This document shows positions 47,287 to 55,129 of a stretch of DNA of 64,000 nucleotides, piece after piece. The notes below the pieces were generated by a model, which had not been told where the DNA came from, searched no databases, and saw nothing but the letters and a program-made list of their open reading frames with translations. Both the position numbers and the translations under genes were made by a program. How positions within the stretch are numbered: position 1 is the stretch's first letter; each line of letters opens with the position of its first letter. The DNA comes from a virus (lineage: Duplodnaviria; Caudoviricetes). The stretch lies in the IMG/VR virus record IMGVR_UViG_3300035208_008180; one strand, written 5' to 3'.

Positions 47287-47368
47287 TGTGCCGAGCCGGA
47301 ATTGAACCGACAAGTCCCGAAGGAGTCTCGTTTACAGCGAGGTGGGCCTGCCAATGCCCAATCGACAC
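47287..47368 (-). tRNA. tRNA-Tyr(GTA)
   Basis: CTCG-CTGTAAA-CGAG; variable arm TCC-TTCG-GGA. Confidence 0.88.
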
Positions 47369-47370
47369 AT

Positions 47371-47733
47371 TTATTTTTCTTTCAAGTAACCTTTTTCCTG
47401 TGCGTGTTTGTCACATAGGGTTTTAACCCAACCATTTTTGTTCGTGTGCCTACATCCTTGTTCACCACAAACTTCGCAAATATGATATGAATCTCTTTCT
47501 GCCTGTTCAATTAAATTTAGAACAGAATGAACATCCCCGCCACCAGTGTCAATTGAGTAGTAGAACCTAAGTCCTCCAAATTTTTCTTTTATTTGCAGAA
47601 CTTTTAAATCCACCTTATTGGCACGAATCGCCGTAAACAATCGATCTACAAGATCATTCCAACCTTCCGCTATGGCAATTTCCACATAGCCTGTTGCTGG
47701 GAAAAACTCAGGATATTTTTCCTTGAAATTCAT
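47371..47733 (-). CDS. Conserved hypothetical phage protein
   Basis: QIKEKFGGLRFY...ICEVCG...TLC. Confidence 0.7.
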   Translation of the reverse strand: MNFKEKYPEFFPATGYVEIAIAEGWNDLVDRLFTAIRANKVDLKVLQIKEKFGGLRFYYSIDTGGGDVHSVLNLIEQAERDSYHICEVCGEQGCRHTNKNGWVKTLCDKHAQEKGYLKEK

Positions 47734-48044
47734 TTCTTTTTACCAAAAATTTTCTTGTGGGCTTGCATGTATTTGTTTGTTCTCTCTGCCCAATCTTTTA
47801 TGATTGCTTCAATTTTATTTTGTGAAACCCTTGTTCCAATCAACGCATCCGTTCCCTTGTATTGGCCAGCATAACGATGGTGTTTCGTAAGCATATTTGC
47901 TAGTTCATCTGCCAAAAGTGTAGCATCATCCAAATCCTCTCTACAACCAGCCGCCTCTATTTTACCATTAGTATGAACCGCATAAGCATAATAAAGTGGC
48001 GGGCATTGTTTATCAACATACACTTGTGGGTTCCAACGGGGCAT
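47730..48044 (-). CDS. Hypothetical protein
   Basis: 104-aa ORF. Confidence 0.6.
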   Translation of the reverse strand: MPRWNPQVYVDKQCPPLYYAYAVHTNGKIEAAGCREDLDDATLLADELANMLTKHHRYAGQYKGTDALIGTRVSQNKIEAIIKDWAERTNKYMQAHKKIFGKKK

Positions 48045-48047
48045 TTT

Positions 48048-48365
48048 CTATTCCTGTATTTGCTTGATAACCATGAAATGTTGTTTTTTGCCGATTCGAA
48101 TTATTCCCCATCCTGGCCAAATGAATTTAACCAGCGATTCAGGATCGGTTACTTTTTCGCCATTCCAAGACAAAGAACCTTCTTTAACTTTGCGTCTAAC
48201 TTCACTGATGCTTGGTAAGGCACCGCCATCAACACAAATCTGTGCTATTTTTCCATCCTGCACTGTTTTAGGACGCATCCACCACCACATGCTGGCAAAT
48301 GTTTCTTGACAAACAGCCTTGGGCTTGTTTAGTATTTCCCATAATTCATCAAATGTCAACATCAT
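48048..48365 (-). CDS. Stand-alone S4-like RNA-binding protein resembling the TyrRS C-terminal domain
   Basis: PSISEVRRKVKEGSLSWNGEKVTD...IIRIGKKQHF. Confidence 0.75.
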   Translation of the reverse strand: MMLTFDELWEILNKPKAVCQETFASMWWWMRPKTVQDGKIAQICVDGGALPSISEVRRKVKEGSLSWNGEKVTDPESLVKFIWPGWGIIRIGKKQHFMVIKQIQE

Positions 48366-48379
48366 AATTTCTCCAAAAG

Positions 48380-48468
48380 CGGAAGTGACTAGAATCGAAC
48401 TAGCACTGGCTTTGACACCAGAACGGTTTAGCAAACCGCCGCAACAAACCAATATTTGCCTCACTTCC
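48380..48468 (-). tRNA. tRNA-Ser(GCT)
   Basis: GCGGT-TTGCTAA-ACCGT; G73. Confidence 0.9.
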
Positions 48469-48482
48469 GAAGGCGTTTTTCA

Positions 48483-48495
48483 ATTGTCAAAGAAC
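48483..48495 (-). promoter_or_regulatory. boxA-like antitermination element
   Basis: GTTCTTTGACAAT right after the first tRNA of the locus. Confidence 0.45.
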
Positions 48496-48503
48496 TCTCA
48501 CAG

Positions 48504-48587
48504 TGGTCTCGGCGGGAGTCGAACCCGCACGGGCATTACACCCAGGAGATTTTAAGTCTCCATTGTCTACCATTCCAACACGAGACC
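48504..48587 (-). tRNA. tRNA-Leu(TAA), long variable arm
   Basis: GGAGA-CTTAAAA-TCTCC. Confidence 0.92.
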
Positions 48588-48613
48588 GTTCATAATATTC
48601 CTGCGGCCAAACA

Positions 48614-49084
48614 TTATCCATTTTTTATTTTTGCCCAGTTTACAAACTGTTCAAAGACCCATTGCATGGTGCCTTTGCTCACAAGTTCTGTTTGTTTACC
48701 CTCATCAGTTTGCCTAAATTCCTCCACATCTTTTTCCAACCTTTCAAGATAATCTTTTTTCATTCCTTCCAACATCATTGGCAGCACAATTTCATCCATC
48801 ATCAAGCCACCAGGGCTTTCATCCCATTCGACTTTATCCATTGGAACGCCGATTTTTTCCAAAAAGGCTTCCATATCAAAGTTATCCATCCATGTTTCGC
48901 CGCCAATCATTTCATCATTACTGCGAATCGTCCAGGCATCTTCCTCAGCCCAAGACATACCCATTTCTTTTCCAATAATTGCGTGGTCTGCAATCTTGCC
49001 TATTTGATCTTCGGACAAATATTTTTTTAGGATAGCGAAGCTTGAGCTTGAGCTATTGGACACAAATGTAGTTCTTATTTTCAT
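48614..49084 (-). CDS. FVSNSS-family protein 6; first gene after the attenuator
   Basis: MKIRTTFVSNSSSSSF; GAGGTG Shine-Dalgarno site. Confidence 0.8.
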   Translation of the reverse strand: MKIRTTFVSNSSSSSFAILKKYLSEDQIGKIADHAIIGKEMGMSWAEEDAWTIRSNDEMIGGETWMDNFDMEAFLEKIGVPMDKVEWDESPGGLMMDEIVLPMMLEGMKKDYLERLEKDVEEFRQTDEGKQTELVSKGTMQWVFEQFVNWAKIKNG

Positions 49085-49124
49085 ATTTCACCTCATGCAC
49101 ACATTATATCATATTTCAGGCAAT

Positions 49125-49160
49125 AAAAAAAGCCCGCTGACGGTTGACCGCCAGCGGGCT
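49125..49160 (-). terminator. Intrinsic terminator of the putative attenuator
   Basis: AGCCCGCTGGCGG-TCAA-CCGTCAGCGGGCT-TTTTTT. Confidence 0.9.
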
Positions 49161-49178
49161 TTTTGAAATGATCCTAGA

Positions 49179-49259
49179 TCAGCCCAGGGCGGTCCATACG
49201 CTCGTAAATAAATACGAGAGTGACAAGAGACTGCTCAGACTGGAATAGGACTTTTTCAT
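49179..49259 (-). CDS. Putative attenuator leader peptide MKKSYSSLSSLLSLSYLFTSVWTALG
   Basis: 26 codons; codons 4-20 are all Ser/Leu/Tyr/Phe/Thr; 3' end GACCGCCCTGGGCT is complementary to the terminator 5' arm. Confidence 0.85.
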   Translation of the reverse strand: MKKSYSSLSSLLSLSYLFTSVWTALG

Positions 49260-49310
49260 TTGTTCTCAACCTTATATACGCTTCTCGCAACAATTCTGTT
49301 CAACATCCCT

Positions 49311-49339
49311 ATTATACTTCAGTTTTTTTGAATTGTAAA
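49311..49339 (-). promoter_or_regulatory. Sigma70-type promoter of the leader/tRNA locus
   Basis: TTTACA-N17-TATAAT. Confidence 0.75.
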
Positions 49340-49351
49340 GAGGGAAAACAG

Positions 49352-49391
49352 AAAAATTTCACCCGCCCCCATTTATAGGGGGCAGATGAAA
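49352..49391 (-). terminator. Terminator-like hairpin insulating the tRNA-locus promoter
   Basis: TTTCATCTGCCCCC...GGGGGCGGGTGAAA followed by a T-run on the minus strand. Confidence 0.55.
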
Positions 49392-49402
49392 TCAGATCGG
49401 TA

Positions 49403-49984
49403 TTATTTACCGCAACCGCACCCGCCATCGCAATTGGCTTTACGGTATGGAGGCAAAACAGCCTTTACGGCCTTGCCTGCGACTTTTACAGATTTACGCA
49501 CTGGTTGAGCCGCAACAACGGCTTTCACCGGACCAGCAACGGCTGCACAAGCTGCCGGGGCACAAGCCTTGACAGGGGCACAAGCTGCTGGAGTATTTTC
49601 GCAACAACGTCTTCCCAAAAGCGGTCGCTCCACTCTTACTCGAACGACTCGGACTTTTTGGGTGGCAACAGGAGCACACGCTGCTACTGGGGCACACGCT
49701 GCTGGAGCACACGCCTTTGGTGTACAAGTCTTCGGGGTACGTACTTTTTTCACCCGAACAACTTCCTTCACTACCACTCTCTGACAAACCGCTGGGGCAC
49801 ACGCCTTGACGGCTTCACAAGCCTTAGGGGTAACCACCACCGGAGCGACTGGCGTACAAGCTGCTGGGGCACATGCCTTGACAGGCTCACAAGCCCCGCC
49901 AGTCCTGACTCTTGATGCCTGTGCAACCGAGCACATAGCAACCAAAGCCACAACACAAACTAAAGCGATAAAACGCTTCATCAC
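49403..49984 (-). CDS. Secreted Cys/Ala/Pro-rich repeat protein
   Basis: Signal peptide (VAQA), (ACAPA/ACEPVK)n repeats; AAGGAGG Shine-Dalgarno site. Confidence 0.75.
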   Translation of the reverse strand: MMKRFIALVCVVALVAMCSVAQASRVRTGGACEPVKACAPAACTPVAPVVVTPKACEAVKACAPAVCQRVVVKEVVRVKKVRTPKTCTPKACAPAACAPVAACAPVATQKVRVVRVRVERPLLGRRCCENTPAACAPVKACAPAACAAVAGPVKAVVAAQPVRKSVKVAGKAVKAVLPPYRKANCDGGCGCGK

Positions 49985-50021
49985 ACACCTCCTTGGTTAA
50001 AGGGTTTCTCAAACAGAAAAT

Positions 50022-50324
50022 CTATTCTAACATACTCTTCTTCTTTTGTCTACCCCGCTTTTCAGATTTTTGACCGACTTTTTGGAATCTTGCGGCATAA
50101 TCTCTTAGCCCAATTTCCTTAAAAACTGTCAATTTCCACCTTTGTTTACATTCGGGGCACCTACGACGCAACACACAAGCTATCTTATCGAGAGGAATTT
50201 GTTTCAATCCCGCTCCACAGCCACAATAAAGTGTGAGACCTTTTCCCTCTTTGAAGGCTTCGGCCAACGTTTCGTTTTGATGTGTGAATGCGTGTTGTAA
50301 CATAATATATGCTTCCTGAATCAA
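50022..50324 (-). CDS. Hypothetical Zn-ribbon protein
   Basis: CGC...CPEC. Confidence 0.55.
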   Translation of the reverse strand: MIQEAYIMLQHAFTHQNETLAEAFKEGKGLTLYCGCGAGLKQIPLDKIACVLRRRCPECKQRWKLTVFKEIGLRDYAARFQKVGQKSEKRGRQKKKSMLE

Positions 50325-50327
50325 TTT

Positions 50328-51074
50328 TTAGCGAACGTATGGCGGGTCTTCTGCCACTATCTGAGACTGCGGTTTAGTCTTTTTTTCCGGCTTTGGCGGC
50401 ACTTGCAGATTTATTTCAATGCCGTGGAAAATCCAATCGGAAATCCAGTTGTAGAAACCAGCAGTCCAACGTTGCAACCTTGCATAGAAGCCCATAATGA
50501 AGCCACTGCAAAGCCACCAGAACATGCTGGGAATCCACCAGAACATATCACGGGTAATATCGACTTTGAAATCCCGTGCTCGCAATTTAATGCGTGGAGT
50601 ATATGTGCGGTCGGATCGATCACCATAGGTGCCATCACAATCACACCATCGATATTTACCACGCATATCGGAGCGATTGCATAAGTATTCCAACCAGTCC
50701 CTCATTTTTTCAGGTGGTGGAACCTTCAAATTCGTGTCAAGATGATTCATTTCTAGCCAATTGGCCAACAAATCTTGATATGCATGTTTGCGACTAAAAC
50801 AACGGATGATCCAGTGAATCGTTGCCCATACTACACCGCAAGCAACAAATTCAAGCACATGCCAGAGCACGTTGTAGGGATGCTCTATGGACCAAGACAC
50901 CACATCCTTGCCGTTTCCGAAAAAATAAACCAAGGCACAGAAACCGGCCAACAGAATGGTGGCTACAAAGCCTTTTTCCCAATCGACTGCCCACACAATA
51001 AAACCAAACACGACGGCAGTCAAAATCCAAAAGATTGGATTAGTGACTATCAATAAAGTCCACACAGCTTCCAT
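50328..51074 (-). CDS. Membrane protein
   Basis: Several TM segments. Confidence 0.7.
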   Translation of the reverse strand: MEAVWTLLIVTNPIFWILTAVVFGFIVWAVDWEKGFVATILLAGFCALVYFFGNGKDVVSWSIEHPYNVLWHVLEFVACGVVWATIHWIIRCFSRKHAYQDLLANWLEMNHLDTNLKVPPPEKMRDWLEYLCNRSDMRGKYRWCDCDGTYGDRSDRTYTPRIKLRARDFKVDITRDMFWWIPSMFWWLCSGFIMGFYARLQRWTAGFYNWISDWIFHGIEINLQVPPKPEKKTKPQSQIVAEDPPYVR

Positions 51075-51230
51075 TTTCTTACCCTTTCATATTAGACTTC
51101 AAGAACCACACAGGTTTCCAACTCAGTATCGACTTCGAGGGTGCAACATTCACCCCATTGAAACCATCTTTTAAGAAGCTCCATTATTTTTTCTTCCTGA
51201 TCTTCTGGCAATTCCACATGAGCGAGAGCA

Positions 51231-51785
51231 TCAGGGGTTTTCATGTGAATTCTTAGCTTCATTTTTTCTTTCCTTTTCTTTGGCGGCTGCTACTGAAGCA
51301 TATGCAAATGCTTGATGTACTTCCGCATCCATTGTATTCTCTGGTAGTGCTTCCATTTCGGCATCCCAAGCACCATCAATTTTCATATCTCTTTCCACTG
51401 GTTTTTGTGGCTTTTGATTTCTCTTTTTACAACACCACTTCACAATTCCCCATTTTTCATTTTTTATTTTGTAAATGGCGGCAAGATCATCAAACATCAA
51501 TGGTTCGGAATCTGCACAAGCCCAGGCAAATACATCACTGCAATTTATGTGTATATTAACTAATCCTTCTTTGTTGCCAAACACCAAAAACTGATCTGTG
51601 TCCAGAAGCTCCTTTAATGCCACTACTTCATCGCAACACTCTTCTCCACCCACATCAAAAATCGCACTTTCCTCTTTTTCTGACGGATGTTGCGACTCCC
51701 AATCATCAAGCATATCCGAGATATTGTGAACAGATTCTCCCGCCGATGTAAGTAGTTCCCGCCATTCTTGCGGTGTGCGGCTCAT
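51231..51785 (-). CDS. Hypothetical protein
   Basis: INCSDVFAWACADSE motif; 184 aa. Confidence 0.7.
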   Translation of the reverse strand: MSRTPQEWRELLTSAGESVHNISDMLDDWESQHPSEKEESAIFDVGGEECCDEVVALKELLDTDQFLVFGNKEGLVNIHINCSDVFAWACADSEPLMFDDLAAIYKIKNEKWGIVKWCCKKRNQKPQKPVERDMKIDGAWDAEMEALPENTMDAEVHQAFAYASVAAAKEKERKNEAKNSHENP

Positions 51786-52189
51786 TTAATCGTGCCTTTT
51801 GAAAACAAAGCAGCTTCTTCGTCCATTTCTTGAAGTGCTTGCATCAAACCAAAACATTGAAATTGGTCTTCATAAGCTACATCGGCAGAGACAACTCCTC
51901 CACCACTTTCCTGCATATATGAAATAATTTCTTTTTTGTCGTCTTCACTTAATTTAGGTGAAATCACCCCATCTACGGTCAAATCCAATACAAATGAAGC
52001 TGCCGAGAAAATTCTACTTGTCATAAGATGTGAATCTTTCTCGAAGTCCACTGTTTTCACATCAAAAAATCCGCATCTTCTATCCAGAGTTTCTGGAGAA
52101 ATATTTTTTTTGGTTCTGGCATCACGCACCGCATCCACCAGATTTTTTTGCATTTGTTCCCAGCTACCGTAATATTTTAACATTTTCAT
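51782..52189 (-). CDS. Putative XRE-like HTH protein
   Basis: VRDARTKKNISPETLDRRCG resembles an XRE N-terminus. Confidence 0.45.
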   Translation of the reverse strand: MKMLKYYGSWEQMQKNLVDAVRDARTKKNISPETLDRRCGFFDVKTVDFEKDSHLMTSRIFSAASFVLDLTVDGVISPKLSEDDKKEIISYMQESGGGVVSADVAYEDQFQCFGLMQALQEMDEEAALFSKGTIK

Positions 52190-52767
52190 GATTGTTCCTC
52201 GCAGGTCTTTTTGTTTTTATCAACATACCTACTGATTTTATGGAAATTTTTTGCCTCTTTTGCAAGATCGGGCAATTGTTGTTTCTCCATATGTTCTAAC
52301 ACTCGTCGTAGTTCTATTGTTGTTGCATCACTCTTGATGGTGTTCGCACGATGGGATATTACCTGAACATTTCCCTTCACATAACCATATTGTGGATTGA
52401 TTCTATCTAACGATGGTGAATTTGGCGATGGATGACCTGTGCCTATTATAAGAGGAATTCCTAAGATAGGACATTTCTCTGGGATCACTATGTCTTTGTG
52501 AGTTAAATTAAAAGGAATACCTCTTTTTTTTGCCCTGCTTTTTACATTCCATAACATATATGCTATGGGATTTTTTCTGATAGATTCCCTTTTTTTTGCA
52601 TTTGTCTTTACCCTATCTTTGTTGATGTTTTTTTTCGCTCTTGCGATTTCTTGCTCTCTGTGTGTTTTATAATATTCTTGACACTTCTTGTAGCACTCTC
52701 TGCATTTCAATTTTCCGTGAATGAAATCATCTGGGCTTTTGTCTACTTTACATCTGTTGCAAATCAT
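52186..52767 (-). CDS. HNH-like endonuclease
   Basis: CPILGIP...SPSLDRINP..GYVKGNVQVIS.RAN.IK. Confidence 0.8.
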   Translation of the reverse strand: MICNRCKVDKSPDDFIHGKLKCRECYKKCQEYYKTHREQEIARAKKNINKDRVKTNAKKRESIRKNPIAYMLWNVKSRAKKRGIPFNLTHKDIVIPEKCPILGIPLIIGTGHPSPNSPSLDRINPQYGYVKGNVQVISHRANTIKSDATTIELRRVLEHMEKQQLPDLAKEAKNFHKISRYVDKNKKTCEEQS

Positions 52768-52825
52768 TTTTTCTCCATTGCCGAATACCTATCATTATAT
52801 AGTATTTCGGCAATGGAAATTTTAA

Positions 52826-53764
52826 TTATTTGAAAAATTCTTCTGGTTTTGCAAATTCCATACCCAATCGGGTGGCAAAAGTTCTGTCGCTGGTAGAATC
52901 TCCGACAAAAATGCATTTTTGTGGGTTGAGTTTCCAACTCTCGATTAGTTGCACCCCCATCCCACTCGCTGGCTTTCTGCAATAGCAAGTCGGCGGCACA
53001 TAATGTGGGCAAATAACCGTTTCAGCAATCACCCCATCCAACAATTTATTGGTGCGTTCAATTGCTGCCAATGCGTTCGCTGCCGTGACCGTTCCTTTTG
53101 CGATTCCCGATTGGTTACTGGCAGCCAGCACCATATAACCATCTTTTTTGTATTTTTGCAATACCTCTTTTCGCTTTGGAAGAATCACAACCTCCTCTGG
53201 AGAGGTAGGGTATGGCTCGGGACTTCCAGAGGGAGTGGATCGCACCGTATCATCCAAATCACAAATAATCGCCTTACCAGCGTAGGCTGATGAGCGACGA
53301 ACAAAAGGAATTTTTTTGACACTGGTAAATCCCTCACCAGTGGTCGGTTTTTGCAATTCTTTGCGGTATCGGAAAAACACAGCAATGGGAAACATATTAG
53401 GGTCTTTAACATCCTTCAAAGACTCAGGCGTTAAAAATAATTTTCCATAACGCTCCCACATGCGATGCAACGCATTGATAATTGCATCTTCAATACTGGT
53501 GCTCATCCATTGACAATGAATATCTGCCCCATGTTTTTTAGCAGCGACAATAAAAGGTGCCCTGCCCAATTCTGTGGCAAATAAATTGTCAATAACGATA
53601 TTTTGTTTGGCTTGCAAGGCTGCCTCGAAGGCAGGCAACAGGTCTATGACCTTGCCACCGGCTTTGTCCCGATTCAAATAAGTATATCCCTTGTCGGCAA
53701 AGCCTTTGGAAACCGTGCTTTTGCCTGATGCTGGACAACCACAAACCAAAACCACTTCTGACAT
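52826..53764 (-). CDS. Polynucleotide kinase / 3'-phosphatase (PNKP-like, P-loop + HAD)
   Basis: GCPASGKST, VIDN; DLDDT, SNQSG, CRKP, VGDS. Confidence 0.85.
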   Translation of the reverse strand: MSEVVLVCGCPASGKSTVSKGFADKGYTYLNRDKAGGKVIDLLPAFEAALQAKQNIVIDNLFATELGRAPFIVAAKKHGADIHCQWMSTSIEDAIINALHRMWERYGKLFLTPESLKDVKDPNMFPIAVFFRYRKELQKPTTGEGFTSVKKIPFVRRSSAYAGKAIICDLDDTVRSTPSGSPEPYPTSPEEVVILPKRKEVLQKYKKDGYMVLAASNQSGIAKGTVTAANALAAIERTNKLLDGVIAETVICPHYVPPTCYCRKPASGMGVQLIESWKLNPQKCIFVGDSTSDRTFATRLGMEFAKPEEFFK

Positions 53765-53928
53765 TTATTATTCCTCCGAAAAAATCCAATAGATACAATA
53801 AAGCCAGCCCAGCAGGAACGCAATGATAGCCCAAATAATATCTTTATTACGTTTCCAAGACAACAGTGCAGCAATAATGTTGCCAACACCAATATACAAC
53901 ATCGGATTTTCAATGGTAATCGATGGCA

Positions 53929-54156
53929 TCAGTCTACCTTTTTATATTTAACTGCGACTCTTAATTGTTTTCCAATTTCTGTGTGATCTATTGTTTTGTT
54001 TTTTGCAACCCACACAACAAATGCGTCTCTTGAATCCAAGCATTTAAATTGAAAAATATCGTGATTTTGAAGGGGGAAAATCATTTCACCTTTCAACGAG
54101 GCGGCTTTTTCTCGTATTTTTTCTCGACGTTGTTCGTCAAAATTATGCTTGGCCAT
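53929..54156 (-). CDS. Hypothetical protein
   Basis: 75-aa ORF. Confidence 0.55.
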   Translation of the reverse strand: MAKHNFDEQRREKIREKAASLKGEMIFPLQNHDIFQFKCLDSRDAFVVWVAKNKTIDHTEIGKQLRVAVKYKKVD

Positions 54157-54834
54157 TTAGTTGACTGCCTCCAATTCTTTTTGGGCTTGTTCCCTGATGG
54201 CAGGCTCAACACAAATATCATAAACAGCGACAAAGCTGGAAAGGGTCTTCCAGTCAAAAGTCTCCTGTCGTTCGTCCGTCAATGTCTTGAAACCTTTTTC
54301 TCGACGGCAATGATCGCACACCAAAAATATTTTGTCGCCAAGCATTTGTCCCGCCATCTGAATTAGCTCATACACTCGCTTGGGAACGGTAATTTTTGTG
54401 TTTTCTTTATCCCATCTAGCATACCAGAGAACGGTTTCACCCATCAATGACCCGGCAGATTCTTTTATTTCTTCGGGATCAAACATGTTGTGTGAACGAC
54501 CATGAACAATCTCGAATTTTTTTTGTTCGATCAAAAGCCGAGAGAAAAAGTCATCTTGTTTCATTCCTTGCCGGTGACAAATCCAACAACGGGGCTTGAG
54601 AGGTTCTACAGGTGTTGGCTCTGCTGGATACCAATCTTCTCTACGCCAAGTAGCTTTCTTCCACTTTTCTTTTTCTTTTTCTTTGGCAAATTTCTCACCA
54701 GCCCGCATATCCTCAGCAGCAGCTTGTGTTTCAGAATGTTTGCGGCATGCCCGTTTGCCATCACCCAAATGCAATGTTTGGCGATGAGTAACCGTTTCAC
54801 CACAGACCGAACAGACTACGGTTTTTACGGGCAT
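54157..54834 (-). CDS. Hypothetical Zn-binding protein
   Basis: CSVC...CRKH; CWIC...CDHC. Confidence 0.65.
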   Translation of the reverse strand: MPVKTVVCSVCGETVTHRQTLHLGDGKRACRKHSETQAAAEDMRAGEKFAKEKEKEKWKKATWRREDWYPAEPTPVEPLKPRCWICHRQGMKQDDFFSRLLIEQKKFEIVHGRSHNMFDPEEIKESAGSLMGETVLWYARWDKENTKITVPKRVYELIQMAGQMLGDKIFLVCDHCRREKGFKTLTDERQETFDWKTLSSFVAVYDICVEPAIREQAQKELEAVN

Positions 54835-55046
54835 TGTACAACTTCCTTTATTTCAAACACATAATCTTCTGGCGAAATCATTTTAAGTCGTTGAAGAGTC
54901 ATTTCTAATCTTGCTCTATCTAGCCCAATCACATCCCTTCGTTCGCCACGGGGAAGAAAATACTCCAAATAATCCTTCAACAGAAGGGTTGTTGGGCCAC
55001 TTTTCGCTGGATATGTGCAGACAATTTCGTAAAGCATTAGCCTCAT
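54825..55046 (-). CDS. Hypothetical protein
   Basis: First ORF after a promoter. Confidence 0.5.
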   Translation of the reverse strand: MRLMLYEIVCTYPAKSGPTTLLLKDYLEYFLPRGERRDVIGLDRARLEMTLQRLKMISPEDYVFEIKEVVQCP

Positions 55047-55072
55047 TATACTTCAGAAATGAAGGATGTAAA
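55045..55072 (-). promoter_or_regulatory. Phage early-type promoter
   Basis: TTTACA-N16-TATAAT with TTTCTGAAG. Confidence 0.65.
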
Positions 55073-55129
55073 CTCCAAAAAATAAGGGGAATTGGGCTTT
55101 ACGCACAATTCCCCTTATATCCCAAGAGT

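Noticed and set aside
46128-47426. ORF-track entries 46128..46376, 47096..47368 and 47211..47426 (also 40407..40607, 41275..41511, 45632..45892)
   Set aside because: They overlap tRNA or ncRNA genes and are chance frames.
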